Below are positions 51,133-63,378 of a DNA stretch of 64,000 bases, one piece after another. The DNA comes from Orbicella franksi. Taxonomy: Eukaryota. The position numbers were made by a program, and so were the translations under genes. The stretch lies in the NCBI GenBank assembly GCA_964199315.1, contig OZ116712.1, positions 7,378,001 through 7,442,000 of the forward strand. Direction: 5' to 3'. The first letter of the stretch is position 1. The number at the start of each line of letters is the position of its first letter. Under the pieces are notes generated by a model, which had not been told where the DNA came from, did not search any database, and was given only the letters and a program-made list of their open reading frames with translations.

Positions 51133-51609
51133 GTGTAAATTATAGGCTCGCAGTTCGTACAAAATTCTGAAGATGTGCCTCGTCCAGTGAGTCGAAAAGC
51201 GCGTTTCTCAGAAAAATATATTTTTTTGTACAGCATTACTTTACTGATTGGTCCCGCGTAGGATATCACCTTTTCCTCATGAAAGCCCTAACCATGGGAT
51301 TACCGTGTTTTCTCTAAAGGTTAACTTTGCCACGGCACAGTCTCATTGATTGGCTCGCATTGCGTACAAAATCCTGAAGCTATGTCTTGCCCAATGAGTC
51401 TGAGTTGTTTCTGTCAGAGAATTATCGTTTGCAGAATTTTCCCTGTCACTTCTCATAATGATTTCACTGTAGTGGTCATAAATTGCTAGTTCTGTAAAAG
51501 GGGTATGGTGACACTGGCAAGACATTTTCAGCTCATGTTGTGCATGACAGATATTTGCTGGAGAGAACAGAATATATTCATATTTAGATCATTTGAGATT
51601 ATTCCACAT

Positions 51610-51882
51610 TATCAAATGGCTTGTGTTTGTAACTGATGCAAAACGCGCTCTGATTGGCTAGCTCTAAGGCATTATTTTCCCGTAATGCCCGCGGGTTGAT
51701 TACGGGCCTGCTAAAGCTAAGCAAAAAGCCATGTAATAAACAACTTGTTAACCTCGAACGTTTGTCTTTACGGGAAAATTTCGGCCTTGCCGTATTGACC
51801 TCGCTATCGCTCGGCCAATACGGCAAGACCGTGGTTTGAGATTTTCCCGTAAAGACCTCATTCTCGGTGAATAAGTAATTAG
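51610..51882. mobile_element. Palindromic non-autonomous element (hairpin class)
   Basis: Long internal inverted repeat tctttacgggaaaat...ttgccgtattg / caatacggcaa...attttcccgtaaaga around apex 51800-51813; ctgattggcta motif at the left. Confidence 0.7.
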
Positions 51883-53135
51883 TGTAAAATGTACCAGCTC
51901 TGTTGAGAATCATAAAAAAAAAATTTAACTTGCCCATTTGCAAGCTTTATATTGTGATCCTCAAATTTTACAATAACAAAATTAAAAAGAAAATGGTCAG
52001 TTTTACAGTTTTTGTTACTTTTACTTGACAAATTGCCGGGTTCACGAAGAAAAGCCGGTCCCGTGGCTTCCGAATTGTTTTTTCCGATTTGTTTTTCTAA
52101 CAGTGTGCATTAGACGTTTTCCCGTTTTGATGGGAGGAGACATTTGGTTAAACTTGACTTAATTGAACATGCGCATTTGCTGAGAACAGATACATGCATA
52201 ACAATTTGTTAAGCAGGCTTACATAAGGCGGCATAACGCTTTTTCTGCTTTTACGGCTCCGCTGTATAAATCCATGCCTTGCTAAACCGCCTGTCCTGCT
52301 GGCAAACAAAACATTGGTAAAATTGGATCACAATATTCTCTTGTTAAGTTAAAACCAATCTCTTGGTTGAGAAAGAAATCAAAATCGATTGCTTTGAATC
52401 GCTAAAAGTTGCTTCTTTGGATTTCGGTCGTTTGTAATTGCCGGCGCATGCTGAAGCTCTCAGATCCATTATTTTTCTTTCCACGGAATACAAGTAATGC
52501 ATATGTCATAAAATGTTGATTTATGTGGATGCGGTTTTCGAATTTCCTCGCATTTGAACCTCGAGAATAGAAACTTAAGCTAGTAAAGTTATTTAAACTG
52601 AGTATGGCAAGTGAAATCAATTACAAATACTGCACTATACAAATAAACACAGCCAAAATATTGATTTCGTTTCGGTTGCCGGTGACGACGTCGAATTAAA
52701 ATTCAACAAAACAATGCTTTTGTTCGGCTTTTCGACCAGCTGGGATAATTTCTTCGAATACGACAAACGCTTGAACGATTAAAATCTGACCCATTTCGAC
52801 AATTTTCGGAAATTTTCTTTGATTTTAATTACAGCATAAAAGTTCGGCGTTTTATCCGGCAAGGAATCAAAGTCTTCAAACCAAGAGCTAAGATCACAGT
52901 ATTCTTACGCGTGCGTCTACAGAACGCCACGTGGCCTTATTTTCTCGCATGCAAATTTACTTCGGACAACAGATTTGATTATAACTTCACCTCAGCTCAA
53001 CATGGGCGAAATTGCGTGAAACGAGCAATTACACGGCGTTTAAGAAAGAGAAGGACTGTATTGTGGCGTTGAACCACAAGATCACAAAATCTTGGTGCTG
53101 ATATCTTTTCTGCGAAGCGTGAATGTACCCTGACG

Positions 53136-53753
53136 ATGGACCATTTAATCGTAATTTTCCTCTTGTGTTTATGCTTGGTACCAGTATATGGCCGCCATCT
53201 ACAGTTTCAACTTAGCGGCTTTGAATGTTTCTACGAAGACCTTGTAGAAAACACCGAGTGTTCGCTCGAATACGCGCCGATCACCGGCGTCGACCCGCGC
53301 ATCGATGCGTACATACAGGATCCAGAGGGCAGCTTCGTTTACAAAGAAGAAAAGAAGGATTACGACTTGCATAAATTTACCACTGATAAAAACGGAACGT
53401 ACACTATCTGTTTCAGCAACGTTTTCGAATTCTCCATCGGTGAAAACCTCGTTTACTTCGATTTGATCAAAGGCGACGAAGACTACATGGGATATGAAGG
53501 AGTTGACGGAACGCAAACGGCCCTGACGTACTTCGAGAAGTCCTTCCTAAATATTCACGAGAACTTCAACTTGATCGAGAAATATCAGAACTATTACAGA
53601 CTCAGAGAAGCAAACGGTCGGTTGGCTGCGGAATATCTTAAACAGCGTGTTCAGTGGTGGTCCATTGGACAGTCTTGTATTATAATTTCTGTTGGAGTTA
53701 TTCAAGTTTTCTTGTTACGTAGATTTTTTACTGTTTCAAAAGAGGACCTATGA
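53136..53753 (+). CDS. TMED7-like: p24/TMED family GOLD-domain cargo receptor, gamma subfamily (TMED7/TMED3-like), single coding exon
   Basis: 205-aa ORF with signal peptide, GOLD domain (CFYEDL...ECSLE...KNGTYTICFSN...VYFD), coiled coil (IHE...YRLREANGRLAAEYLKQRVQWWS), TM helix and cytosolic FF tail. AATAAA at 53880 and 53898. Confidence 0.92.
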   Translation: MDHLIVIFLLCLCLVPVYGRHLQFQLSGFECFYEDLVENTECSLEYAPITGVDPRIDAYIQDPEGSFVYKEEKKDYDLHKFTTDKNGTYTICFSNVFEFSIGENLVYFDLIKGDEDYMGYEGVDGTQTALTYFEKSFLNIHENFNLIEKYQNYYRLREANGRLAAEYLKQRVQWWSIGQSCIIISVGVIQVFLLRRFFTVSKEDL

Positions 53754-54245
53754 ATACAACTTTCAAAAGGAATAATCATTAGTAAAATTCAGTCACAGAT
53801 TATCCGGTTTACCATAGCTTGGTTCTTGTTTATAATTTCTTTCCTTCTCTGCGGATGAACAATTTCTACTCGATCTTAAAATAAATGGCTCTCTGCCAAT
53901 AAATGCCGAAATCAAAAATTTTACTACATGGGTAATGGTCCCAGCTAGTTTAATTGCCTAGTTGGCTATTTGATTGCCAAGCTTTAGAACTCTCTTGTTT
54001 GGTTACACTTGGAGTTGTTGTTCAGTTTGGTGATTTTATATTTATTGTCTGCTCTAGAATATAGTTTTGATGAACTGTTATTTAAATGAAAATATCTGTA
54101 ATGATATATGGGAAAATGATGTACATTGTAGTTAAATTATTTCTTTGAATTTTGTTATTCGACGGCGCTGGGTAAAAATAAAGAACTTGTTAAAGCTTAG
54201 GAATAATATGTTAGTCGGAATAAATTCATTTCTTTCGTATTGAGT

Positions 54246-54527
54246 AGGTAGATAAAGTCTGTATACGAGCCAAGTGGCTCATCAGGCCGGTGCTTATCTC
54301 CAGTTTCTGCAGCATGAAGCGACTAGGAATATGTCTATTTCCCCCGAAATGGGATGCTATACCATAGCAGGGTTACCCCCAACATTAAGTTCGTCGGTAT
54401 CCATTTATACACCTGGGCAGGGGAGAGGCACTGTAAGAGTAACACAATACAATATCCCCGGCCAGGGCTCGACCCGGACCGCTCGATCCGGAGGCGAACG
54501 CACTAACCATGAGGCCACTGCGCCTCT
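54246..54527 (-). mobile_element. tRNA-derived SINE, second copy, ~18-bp internal deletion, 8-bp TSD
   Basis: Reverse complement of the 27069 SINE, lacking the cttgggcaagacacttt segment. TSD tattgagt at 54238-54245 and 54528-54535. A second decayed SINE head follows at ~54538-54600. Confidence 0.88.
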
Positions 54528-55008
54528 TATTGAGTGATCCGGCCTGGGCTTGAACCCGCCTGCATCTTTTGATCTGAAATCCTCCACACTAACAACGCTC
54601 CCGCGAGACATCAGTCCTGGATAAATTAACCTTTCATATTCCTTTGGTCGCCGTTAAGAAAATTGAATTACAATGTATATTTCACCATTTATTCCAAGAT
54701 TGTCATGCAACGAGTTTGATTTTCAATCAAACAATGAGTTTGTCTGGTTGATAACAAATTCACGTGATTTGAGGTCTGAATTAACGTAAAACTATTCTAC
54801 AAGATCTTAAATTATAAAACAATGATACAGGTTTATTTTTCAAAGAACCATTTTCTTGATAGGCCGCCATCATGGTTTTCATATTATAATGCAAATTAGC
54901 CATGCTATCTTTCTTTGCGTAAAGATTGAAAAGAAGACAATTGTCGGAAAATGGGCTTATCCCAATTGTAGAGTCTCCGCCTTAATCGTATTTAAGAGCT
55001 AAATTTTG

Positions 55009-55342
55009 TAAACAATAGCTTCCATTTGGCGCGAAAATATGCTCGGAAATTTGTCCAAGGACATTATTTGTTCCGAGAAGCGAACAGTTTTCCGAGAGCG
55101 AAGCTCGAGGAAAACTGTGAGCTTCGAGGAAGAGATAATATCCGTGGACAAATTTCCGAGCATATTTTTATAGTCAAATGGAGACTATTGTGTTTATTGT
55201 ACTTCACAAAGTTTTCGCAACACCCGGGATCTGAAAATTAGGAGATATCACTCGGATATTCCCCAGTTTTAGCTGGGGCATATTCAGTCACGTGGCGCGT
55301 TTAAACCAATCGCGAGCGAGTGAAAATATTTGATGGATTATA
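55009..55342. mobile_element. Palindromic non-autonomous element (hairpin class)
   Basis: ~180-bp imperfect palindrome aatag..ccatttg...aaatatgctcggaaatttgtcc...cagttttcc / ggaaaactg...ggacaaatttccgagcatattt...caaatgg..ctatt centred on GAGCGAAGCTC (55096-55106), followed by a tail with aaccaatcgcg. Confidence 0.8.
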
Positions 55343-56192
55343 AAGAATAGTAATTTCATCACTATAGAAAGTTTGGAATAGACACTCGATATCTTCACTT
55401 GTTAACTACATTAGCCATTTCTTTTTATAAAAGAACCCATATTGCTTATAAGTTGCCATAAATTCTGCAGCAAAAATAAAAGCATAACATGGCACGAAAC
55501 ATTTATCAGTAAATGATAGAAAACAGTTCAAAATTTCGATTTTTCAGTTTCCATTACATTGTGGAAACAAGCGTGGAAGCTTTTGTGCTGGTGAGCCACT
55601 CCATATAAACTAACTTGGAAATTGAACTTCCAATGCTCGCTTCTGCAAGTAACACTCAACGTATATGGAGCAAAAGTAGAAGAAAAACTTTATGAACATA
55701 CTTCCAGAAATGTACTATTGCCTTATTTTTAACAATTACATACAAACATTTGATCTATATTCATAAATATGTTATTATATTTTTTTTTCCGAGAACTTTT
55801 TTGTCCCCAAATAACTAATGATTTTCCACACATGATAATAATTGAAACCTTTCTAGTGAACAATTAAACCGATTCTTGAAGGTACTAGGCCACACAATTT
55901 TATTTGCTGTTATTTTGAAACATACATACTGAACGGATTGAAAACCAAGGGAAACTACTTTCTAATGGTAACAAATCACATAACAAAAAAGTGAAAGATT
56001 GAATTTATCATAACCTCATGCCGAAAAGAATCAAGATTAGGTCGATTTCTGTAAAAACTTGCTCCGAAACTCACCCTATTGTTAATTGGCTAACATGTAA
56101 TTTCCAAAAAAAAAAAATGTCTTATTTGTTAAATGTTACTTTCAATTTCAAGCTCGCAATTTGATTCAAAAAAGCTTCATATCAACTATTGC

Positions 56193-56730
56193 TATAAATC
56201 TACTAGCGTTCTATCACGAATATAGTTCCCTTATCAGCCAGACTACTCAATATCTACTTTGTTTTAGTATAAATCTAATAGCGTCTTCTCTAATTGGCTA
56301 CGCTACTCACTATGTATTTTGTTGTAGATAATGACTGAGTAGCGTAGCAGTGAGCACTTGTTAACAAACTTGCGGCCGCTTTGCGTTTTTGAAGTGTCTT
56401 TGAAGAGGATTGAGATAAAGTTTTGAACGACTGGTAGACTTATTCTAAAACAATTACATTATTCGCTTTCGATTTCTATGCCTGATAGTCGACGAGGGCG
56501 CAGCCCGAGTCAACTAACACGCGATATAAATCTCGAGCTCATAATCTAATTGTTAATTAAGTTGATTAAGTCGAATGTGAGTAGCTTAGCAGTGTGCGGC
56601 TGTTAGCAAAAAAGCGGCCGCTTCTATGCATTTTTGAAGTGGCTGTGAAGGTTTAGGCAAAGTTTTGAACGACTACTAGATTTCGATTTCTATCACGCGA
56701 TAGAAATCTTGAGCTCATAATCTAATTATT
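56193..56730. mobile_element. Tandem/partial copies of a third palindromic element family
   Basis: Duplicated blocks gagtagcgtagcagtg...gcggccgc...ttttgaagtg...aaagttttgaacgact and gatttctat...gagctcataatctaatt. First copy has apex GGGCGCAGCCC (56496-56506); second copy has lost the apex. Confidence 0.75.
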
Positions 56731-58166
56731 CAATATACATGCATCGAAAATGTCCTCCACTGTGCTACTGTATTTGTTCACGTTTTACAATCCAAGGTTG
56801 GTTAGTTAGCTCCATCAAGTTCGACTGTGCGTTTTCCTGTGAAGAAAGCAAAGATGTAAATCAGATCTCAGATACCTTCTGTTCAATTCAGCGAAAACCA
56901 TAGTCATTTTATGGAAGGATTGGAAACCTTATGAACGACGATTGAACAAAGAATAGGTTTGCACTAAATCAATTTTCATATTCACGACTAGAGTCCTTTT
57001 CGTTTTCTTTAGTAATGGTTCAACAAAATCAAATCATTATTGATGCGCTCCATATGATCTCAGTGTGTTCTTCAACTGCGCAAAATTATGCTAAAAATAC
57101 AAGAAGTCACATGGCTTTATAAAATGGCCTGGTAACGTCAGGGGTACCCAGCAAGGTCAGGTGATCATACCCCGCCACAAGACATGGTGGAGGATGTGTA
57201 AAATTCCAGGGATAAGTCGTGTAAATACGTGCTGTCCCAAGGGTATGGTTTCATAGCGTTTTCTGGCTCAGAACCGGTATATAGATTAGTGTGGATAATC
57301 GCATGAGCCGCGTAGTAAAATTGAGAAGTAATATCACTTGTATTTTCGGAAGTTGAGGAAATTTCTACAACTTCCGAAAACACAAGTTATATTTATCCTA
57401 ATTTTATGAGGAATCATGTGATTACTTGTTTATAACAAAGAGGGCAAAATTTATTTTTAGAAAGCCAACAATGCAGGCTGTTGCGTAATTTCGTATAGGA
57501 AACCATTCCAGTGTTCTGTAAGCGTCAATGAATCGTAAAACGCACAAATCAGCTGAATGAAATTTATTTTTGTACAACAACGCCGCTGAAAAGCCTTCGC
57601 CATTAATTCGAAAACAACTTTTAGGCAAAGTTTTGGTCAGTTTATATGCCTGTTTTTAATGTTTTGAAGACGTTCGGAAGTTACTCGGAGTTGAATTTCT
57701 CAGTGAAGATCCTCTTGTAGCCTCTTGTATGAACCACTCTTAGCGCCGCTGAATTCTTAGTGAGCTTTTCAGTCTCAGCTAACTATTGCAGCCGTAAGAG
57801 GGCCAGGAGCACAAGAAGCGATACAAACTGTATTTTTTTAAAATAAGCTGTGGACTACTCTAGTGGTTATTTATAGCTGGCTCAAAATACTTGCTGGATG
57901 CGGAACACTGTTGTCAGTTGTTGTTGCAATCTTCTTTCTCGTTCGCCCCCTAAGTCGTAGCCGTCAAGTCCTTGCGCTGATGTCAGAGTGGTCCGTAATG
58001 TTATTTATTTTTTACGTACTTCAGGTCACCGGATCTCTTTGTCACCATAGTCATCCCAGTTAGCGCTGTGGTTGGTAACCGCTTTAGAGTATTCGTCTTT
58101 AAGTGGTGAGTTTTCTTCATTTTCTTAATTTTAGTTTCGATGGTAGTTTTGCGCATTGGAGTTCTC

Positions 58167-58545
58167 TTAAGTCTGGTTCTCATATCCCGCCGACCTATCC
58201 GCAACTGACAACGTTCGGCGATCTGTCCCAGTGGGTCTCCGGTGCATCTGCGATGGATCGCCGACGTACTCAAATTTGCACGAAATGCAAATCGAATTGC
58301 GCAAGTTTCAACCATTTTATCCCTAAATATGAATCGAATCGTCTTACTGGAGTATGTTGCGTCCGCAGATGATGTTCACATAAAATATTTTCATCGCCGA
58401 CAACCGCCGACAACCGCCGGCCTGCCTGCGAAGTTGAACTCAGCTCAACTTCGCAGGCAAGCCGGCGGTCAATGCCTGGGATAGAATATGATTCGGCGAT
58501 AAATGTTCACATATGCCGTAACGGTGTCCCAGGCCGTGCCGGCGG
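58167..58545. mobile_element. Truncated MITE with internal GC-rich hairpin
   Basis: Left end ttaagtctggttctcatat resembles the TIR at 28121-28145. Hairpin 58413-58469 has a 9-bp plus 15-bp stem and 7-nt loop. No right TIR found. Confidence 0.5.
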
Positions 58546-58691
58546 CTATGACAGATGATCGATTACGCAAAGGCAGACCTGGATTTCTTTCGGTTGGTTT
58601 TCCACTTCTCCACTACATAATAAAAGTTCTTTCAGTGTTTGTGTGTTTTAGGTTTACATTTCCGCTTATTTCCCTTTGCTCTTTGATAAAA

Positions 58692-59237
58692 AGACCTTTT
58701 CACGGTTTCTAACGCCATCTTGCTTGGGGGCCAAACACACCAAAAAATTGAGGATATGTGTGGGAAAAGTTAAAAGTTTGATGTCCAATAATTTGAGAGT
58801 GAATGATTTTCTGAGTATTTGATAAATTACAAGGAAAAGATACCTAACAGAGGGCTTCTTTGGTCAAAGTTGAAGAACATAGATTTGCTGTGAGGCGAGG
58901 AACTGCACTTTTTAATGTTTTATACAAATGTCTCTAAATTTTCCCGAGAATCACGATTCGGATTCGCGGACAAACGTATGAAAAAATGGAAACCTTAATT
59001 GAAGCTTTTCTAGCGAGGCTTTTCCCCTTAAATGAGATCAGTGAATTCTTTTACCTGGTAACTTTAGTTTGCAATTCATAAATACTTCAGAGCTCGAATT
59101 TTCCGTGAGTAGTTGAACATTATATTCTTTATTTTCTCCATAGATTTACTGTAATTTTTGCCGTGTTTGCCCCCCCCCCGCCCCCCGCCACCCCTCCAAA
59201 TAAGATGGCGCCAGAAACCGTACATGAAAAGATCTAT
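58692..59237. mobile_element. MITE with long (~55-bp) terminal inverted repeats
   Basis: agaccttttcacggtttctaacgccatcttgcttgggggccaaacac pairs with gtgtttgcccc...ctccaaataagatggcgccagaaaccgtacatgaaaagatct. The right TIR has an expanded C run. Confidence 0.75.
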
Positions 59238-59528
59238 TCATCGTCAATATTCTCGATACGAGACGCCTTTGTTGCTCAACGACATCAAAGCAGTTTTCTT
59301 CGCCGTTGCGTAGGGACCTTAGAGCCGATCAGTTTGAAGTAAAAATGCTCTCTGTCTCGGCCAAAATGAATTCAGTAATACGAAGGCAGTTATTTTGCCC
59401 TCGGTTGCAAGGTTTGCGATTGCACCCCAAGATCAAAGATTGTTCGAGCACTTATGTCAATATGTACAACAAATGCTCCAAGCTGTATTACAGATATTTC
59501 TTATAAACATCTATATTAAGATTCTTAA

Positions 59529-59896
59529 AGGTCAGCACACATTTGGGCACACACACATGTTGCGGGGTGAAGCGGAGACAACCTCTTCGAGGGTACGCTA
59601 GAACTAATGTGGCAGGGACAGCATGCAAACTGGTGGACACGAAGCGGATAGTGCTTCATTTCTATGTTGTAGCGGGGACAGTGTCCAAGAGAAGTGCACA
59701 CGAGGCGACATTGAAAATTGAGGTCATTTTGTCTCAGCTGAATTTTTTGCCGCCCGAATTTCATGCAACTTGTTGCTTGGGGATAACATTTTGTCTATGT
59801 CGATAACATTTTGTCTAGGTCTAACGAGGAAAACTGTCGCTGCAACATGTCCCAGCATCTTGTTCTTGCAAAATGTTCACTAGAGTGTGTTGACCT
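59529..59896. mobile_element. PIF/Harbinger-type (Tourist-like) MITE with TAA target duplication
   Basis: TIR aggtcagcacac / gtgtgttgacct (one mismatch), flanked by TAA on both sides. Internal 20-bp tandem duplication gataacattttgtctatgtc. Confidence 0.7.
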
Positions 59897-59949
59897 TAAT
59901 CTAACTTAAATCTTATGCATTCTTCAATTTTGTTAGTCTTACCTAAATT

Positions 59950-60042
59950 CTATACATTCTTCAACATGCTTTTTATTGCCTCGTCTTTAACAGTGTCCAT
60001 CAGTTTATTTCCCTCTGGATCCTCGCCGTCAGGATCTGCGCC
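59950..60042 (-). CDS. MTPN-like: Myotrophin/V-1-like ankyrin repeat protein, exon 4
   Basis: Acceptor ttttgcag| GADPDGEDPEGNKLMDTVKDEAIKSMLKNV* (93 nt, phase 0). Parallels myotrophin GADKTVKGPDG...AIKALLQ. Confidence 0.85.
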   Translation of the reverse strand, partial: GADPDGEDPEGNKLMDTVKDEAIKSMLKNV

Positions 60043-61304
60043 CTGCAAAATTCAGATGGATAAAGTAAGTAGTCGTAAAAACTGCAGCGCCTGCATTTGG
60101 TTGACACTGAGGATCAGGATGTAAGTGGATCCACAATTCAATGCAGCTTTAAGGCTTACTCGTAATGATGTATCCTTATTACAAGACTTTCTTAGTTCAG
60201 ATGGCCAATAACTTAAGTCAGCCAATCAGATTGTTCTATAGCTGGTCTGATATTTTCTATTTACCATACCCAAATTCGCAATTAGCCAATGAGAACCCAG
60301 GGTACGTAAACGTGCATTTTTAATGACGTACGCAGAAGAGTTAGCTAATAGGGCGTTGAAGGTGGGAGCCACTAGTGGCCTTTGGGGCATGCCGCCCCCT
60401 GCCCCCACCCCCTAGCCCCACAAGAAATTTATATTTTTAGGAGCTTGGAAGCCTGGCAATGCAATTTCCACGTTTTCCAGGGGATTAGAAAGGTGCGGTT
60501 AGGTGTAAGTATTCGACCGGGTATTGTCACGAGTAATCTTTGTAAAACGCTCTTTTTCCCTTTTTCTTTTAACCTTTTTTGTTGAAACGTTAAAACTGCT
60601 CGCTAGAAGTTCACGGTGTCTTTCCAGTCCGTCATCGAGAGATTTGTTCTAAATAATCTCTCAATAATTAACTATCCTTATTGGAAGAATATCGGCTCTT
60701 GGTCATTTTTGAACGGACCTCGCTGCGCTTGGTCTGAACTGTCAATACTTCGATCTGGCCGATATTCTTCAGGTGCGGCCCTTGTCCTTTGTTACTCAGA
60801 TGTAAGTACTTTTTGATAGTTGTGTGAGATACAGTGGCATAATGGTTGACCCTAGGCCTTTCGATTTCTACATGTACAGTGCTGTCCTAAGGTAATGCAA
60901 ACAAAATTTGACGAAATGTAAGAACTTTGGGGCTTTTTGACACATGTGAACAAAAAGTTTCGGTTCGAACAAACATTCGGAAAAGTCAATTGTTCCTGCT
61001 GATGCGAAATGTCAGTCAAAATTTCCCTTGGCTCGGTAAAACTTTTCAACGACCGGTTCTCGCCTTGAAAATTAAATTGAAGTCTTCGAAAATTCATTCG
61101 GAAGCTCGAACAACATTTCATTCTTAACGAAATTTCACTAAAGCGTTGTGTTTGTTCCAAACCTCAATTTGGTTGGTACGAGATCACGACCGAACAATTA
61201 CTAACGGCAAACAAGTAAGTGAAATGACGCCAAATAAGGCCCAAACTTCTCGTTGATCAAACGTTACGTCGTATTAGAACACACCTAGCATTGATTTTAC
61301 TCAC

Positions 61305-61388
61305 CATTTGAAGCAAATACTCGACAAGATTTTTGTTCTCGTTCAAGACTGCATAGTACAGCGGAGAACATTCATCTTCGTCAGCAAG
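61305..61388 (-). CDS. MTPN-like: Myotrophin/V-1-like ankyrin repeat protein, exon 3
   Basis: tatttttcag| LADEDECSPLYYAVLNENKNLVEYLLQM |gtgagt; 84 nt, phase 0/0. Confidence 0.88.
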
Positions 61389-61579
61389 CTGAAAAATACA
61401 TAACATCAGTGGTCTTAATGCTCTGCAAAAGTTCTGAAGTGTGTTGCATTGCAGACATTGAAAAGGGGTGGGAGGGGCAAAATATATGAAAACTAACAAA
61501 CAAAGAGTTTCAACAGTTATGGTAAGGTTTGTAGCCTGAAGAGCTAAGTTTATGTACAATTCAAGAATGTTAACCGTTG

Positions 61580-62144
61580 TTAACCCGGACTTAGAGGGGA
61601 GGATGCTACCGCCCAACCGTTTTTTTTTTTTTTCAATTTTTTTTTTTAAAGACGTTTGGATTCACTCTTTTACGCTGAAACTTTAAGTAGCAGTTCATTC
61701 ATCCCTTGGTGAAGTTTTGATGTGTCAACTTTTTCTCCTTGTCATTTTAGATTACCATAGAGACAGTATTTTGATTTGCAGGTCTAGCCAAATGTTTTCT
61801 TTTTGACAAAATTCTCCGTTTTTACAGTTTTCTTGAGCAGCATTACAGAATAAACAACCTCGTTGCAGAATAAGTACCTCTCTACATTTTATCATCATCT
61901 TCGATTTATCAGTTTTCCATCGGCTGATGTTATTTTCTGAGTTTTTGAGAAAATAGTGAAATCCAAGATGGCGTCACGGCGTCATTACCAACAAAAAAAA
62001 TTTCATCCTCCAGAGCTAGTCTATCAAATTCAAAACAGTTTGGTATGTTCTTACAACGAAAACTCAAACGGGTAATTCCATCCAGCCTCCTCTTTCCCCT
62101 CTCGTGGATCGAGGAGGGTATGGGTTTGTGTTTACGTCCGTTAA
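61580..62144. mobile_element. Decayed TTAA-flanked (piggyBac-like) non-autonomous element in intron 2 of the myotrophin-like gene
   Basis: Ends ttaacccggactta... and ...tttacgtccgttaa (imperfect TIR with TTAA at both ends). Internal ccaagatggcg motif, as in a repeat I recall from corals. Confidence 0.5.
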
Positions 62145-63378
62145 ACTTGATTCGGTGGACTGTAGCGGGCGGCTATTTAGCTGCCCTGTTCTCAAGTTAG
62201 CCCTCGCCAACATTGAATTTTGATGTGTTCTTTAGCTGACGCGGTCATTTGGTAAATCAAGTTCATATTTCCACTAACTGATGAGGGGAAACTGTAAACA
62301 CGGATGTCATAATCGTAGACGTAAAATTGTCATTTAAATGTACTCTCTGCTTCACATATCTCCTACTTTCATCAACAGGCTAAAAAGTTAGAACCACCTT
62401 ACACTGTACATGGCTCAAGAGAGCATATTCTACAACTTAAATATTTCGTTGTTACAATGCCCGAGGAAGTCAGTTTCTTGCCAGACAATTTCATTCCGAG
62501 AATAAACAAATAAAAATTGTCTTGATTTTCCACTCAATTCTCAGAGCTTTACCTCGGGGATAATATATGCAAACAGTTAAGAATTTTGTTTTGTTCCGAG
62601 TTAGAAGGGTTGAGGCGTTGATTACTAAGTCAATAAAAAATGTTCGCATAGTACGTGACATTGTACATGTGCACAGACGTATAAATTAGGACTCTAGTGC
62701 AGTAGGAATGTGGTGGTAATACCGAACTTCAAAGGCTTGCGGAAAAGCTAAGGTTGAAGTAAATATCGCAGGAATGCAATAAGGAATTTATCTATCATTT
62801 ACTGCTAGATGTTCACCTGGGTTAAATGCATCGCCAAACAAATTGAGGTATTTTAATTTGGTATGACGTCATCTTAGGGATACAACGCTCAATTAGTTAT
62901 CGTGCACGATAAACAAGGATTTCGTATTGATCATCACTTAACCAAGCACTGATACAGACTAAATTAATTTCCTTGCTTTTCTTCTGCTTGTGGATAAATG
63001 AGCATGATAGTGGTTTAAACTGAAGAGAGAATTAAAAGTGACTGTGACAGCAGATAGGCGTGTAGGCTTCCTTGCAAAGGTCGGAAGGTCTTACGTGAGA
63101 AATAAAATGCAAATTCTGTCTAATAGGCGTCGAGCTGTCAAACCAATGGAGGAGAACACTGATGTTTTTTTTTCTTCCCATCGATGTTTTCTTTACAGTC
63201 AACGCATCGCTTTATTTTGCCAGCGGGACACCTATTCAGCTATCAAGATCGACTCAATTCATTAATCAGCCAGTTGAACGAAAAAGCGTGTCATACACGA
63301 CATTCAGCTGAAGTGGTTGCTATTGTCTTGACTCCGTATCTCTGAAGCCTCGTAAATGAACTCAAGTAAATAACTTAC

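Noticed and set aside
53199-53516. 105-aa minus-strand ORF
   Set aside because: Antisense shadow of the TMED coding sequence.
53739-53753. C-terminal KEDL of the p24 protein as an ER-retention signal
   Set aside because: It is not KDEL, and this tail is cytosolic in a type I membrane protein, so the lumenal KDEL receptor could not see it; it is also not a canonical KKXX.
59168-59212. G-quadruplex-like C/G run next to a YY1-like AAGATGGCG motif
   Set aside because: Both lie in the right terminal inverted repeat of the 58692-59237 MITE (mirror motif at ~58713), so they are explained by the element.
61257-61616. 119-aa ORF as a stand-alone ankyrin gene
   Set aside because: Only 61305-61388 is ankyrin-like and it is bounded by AG/GT; the rest is intron read-through.
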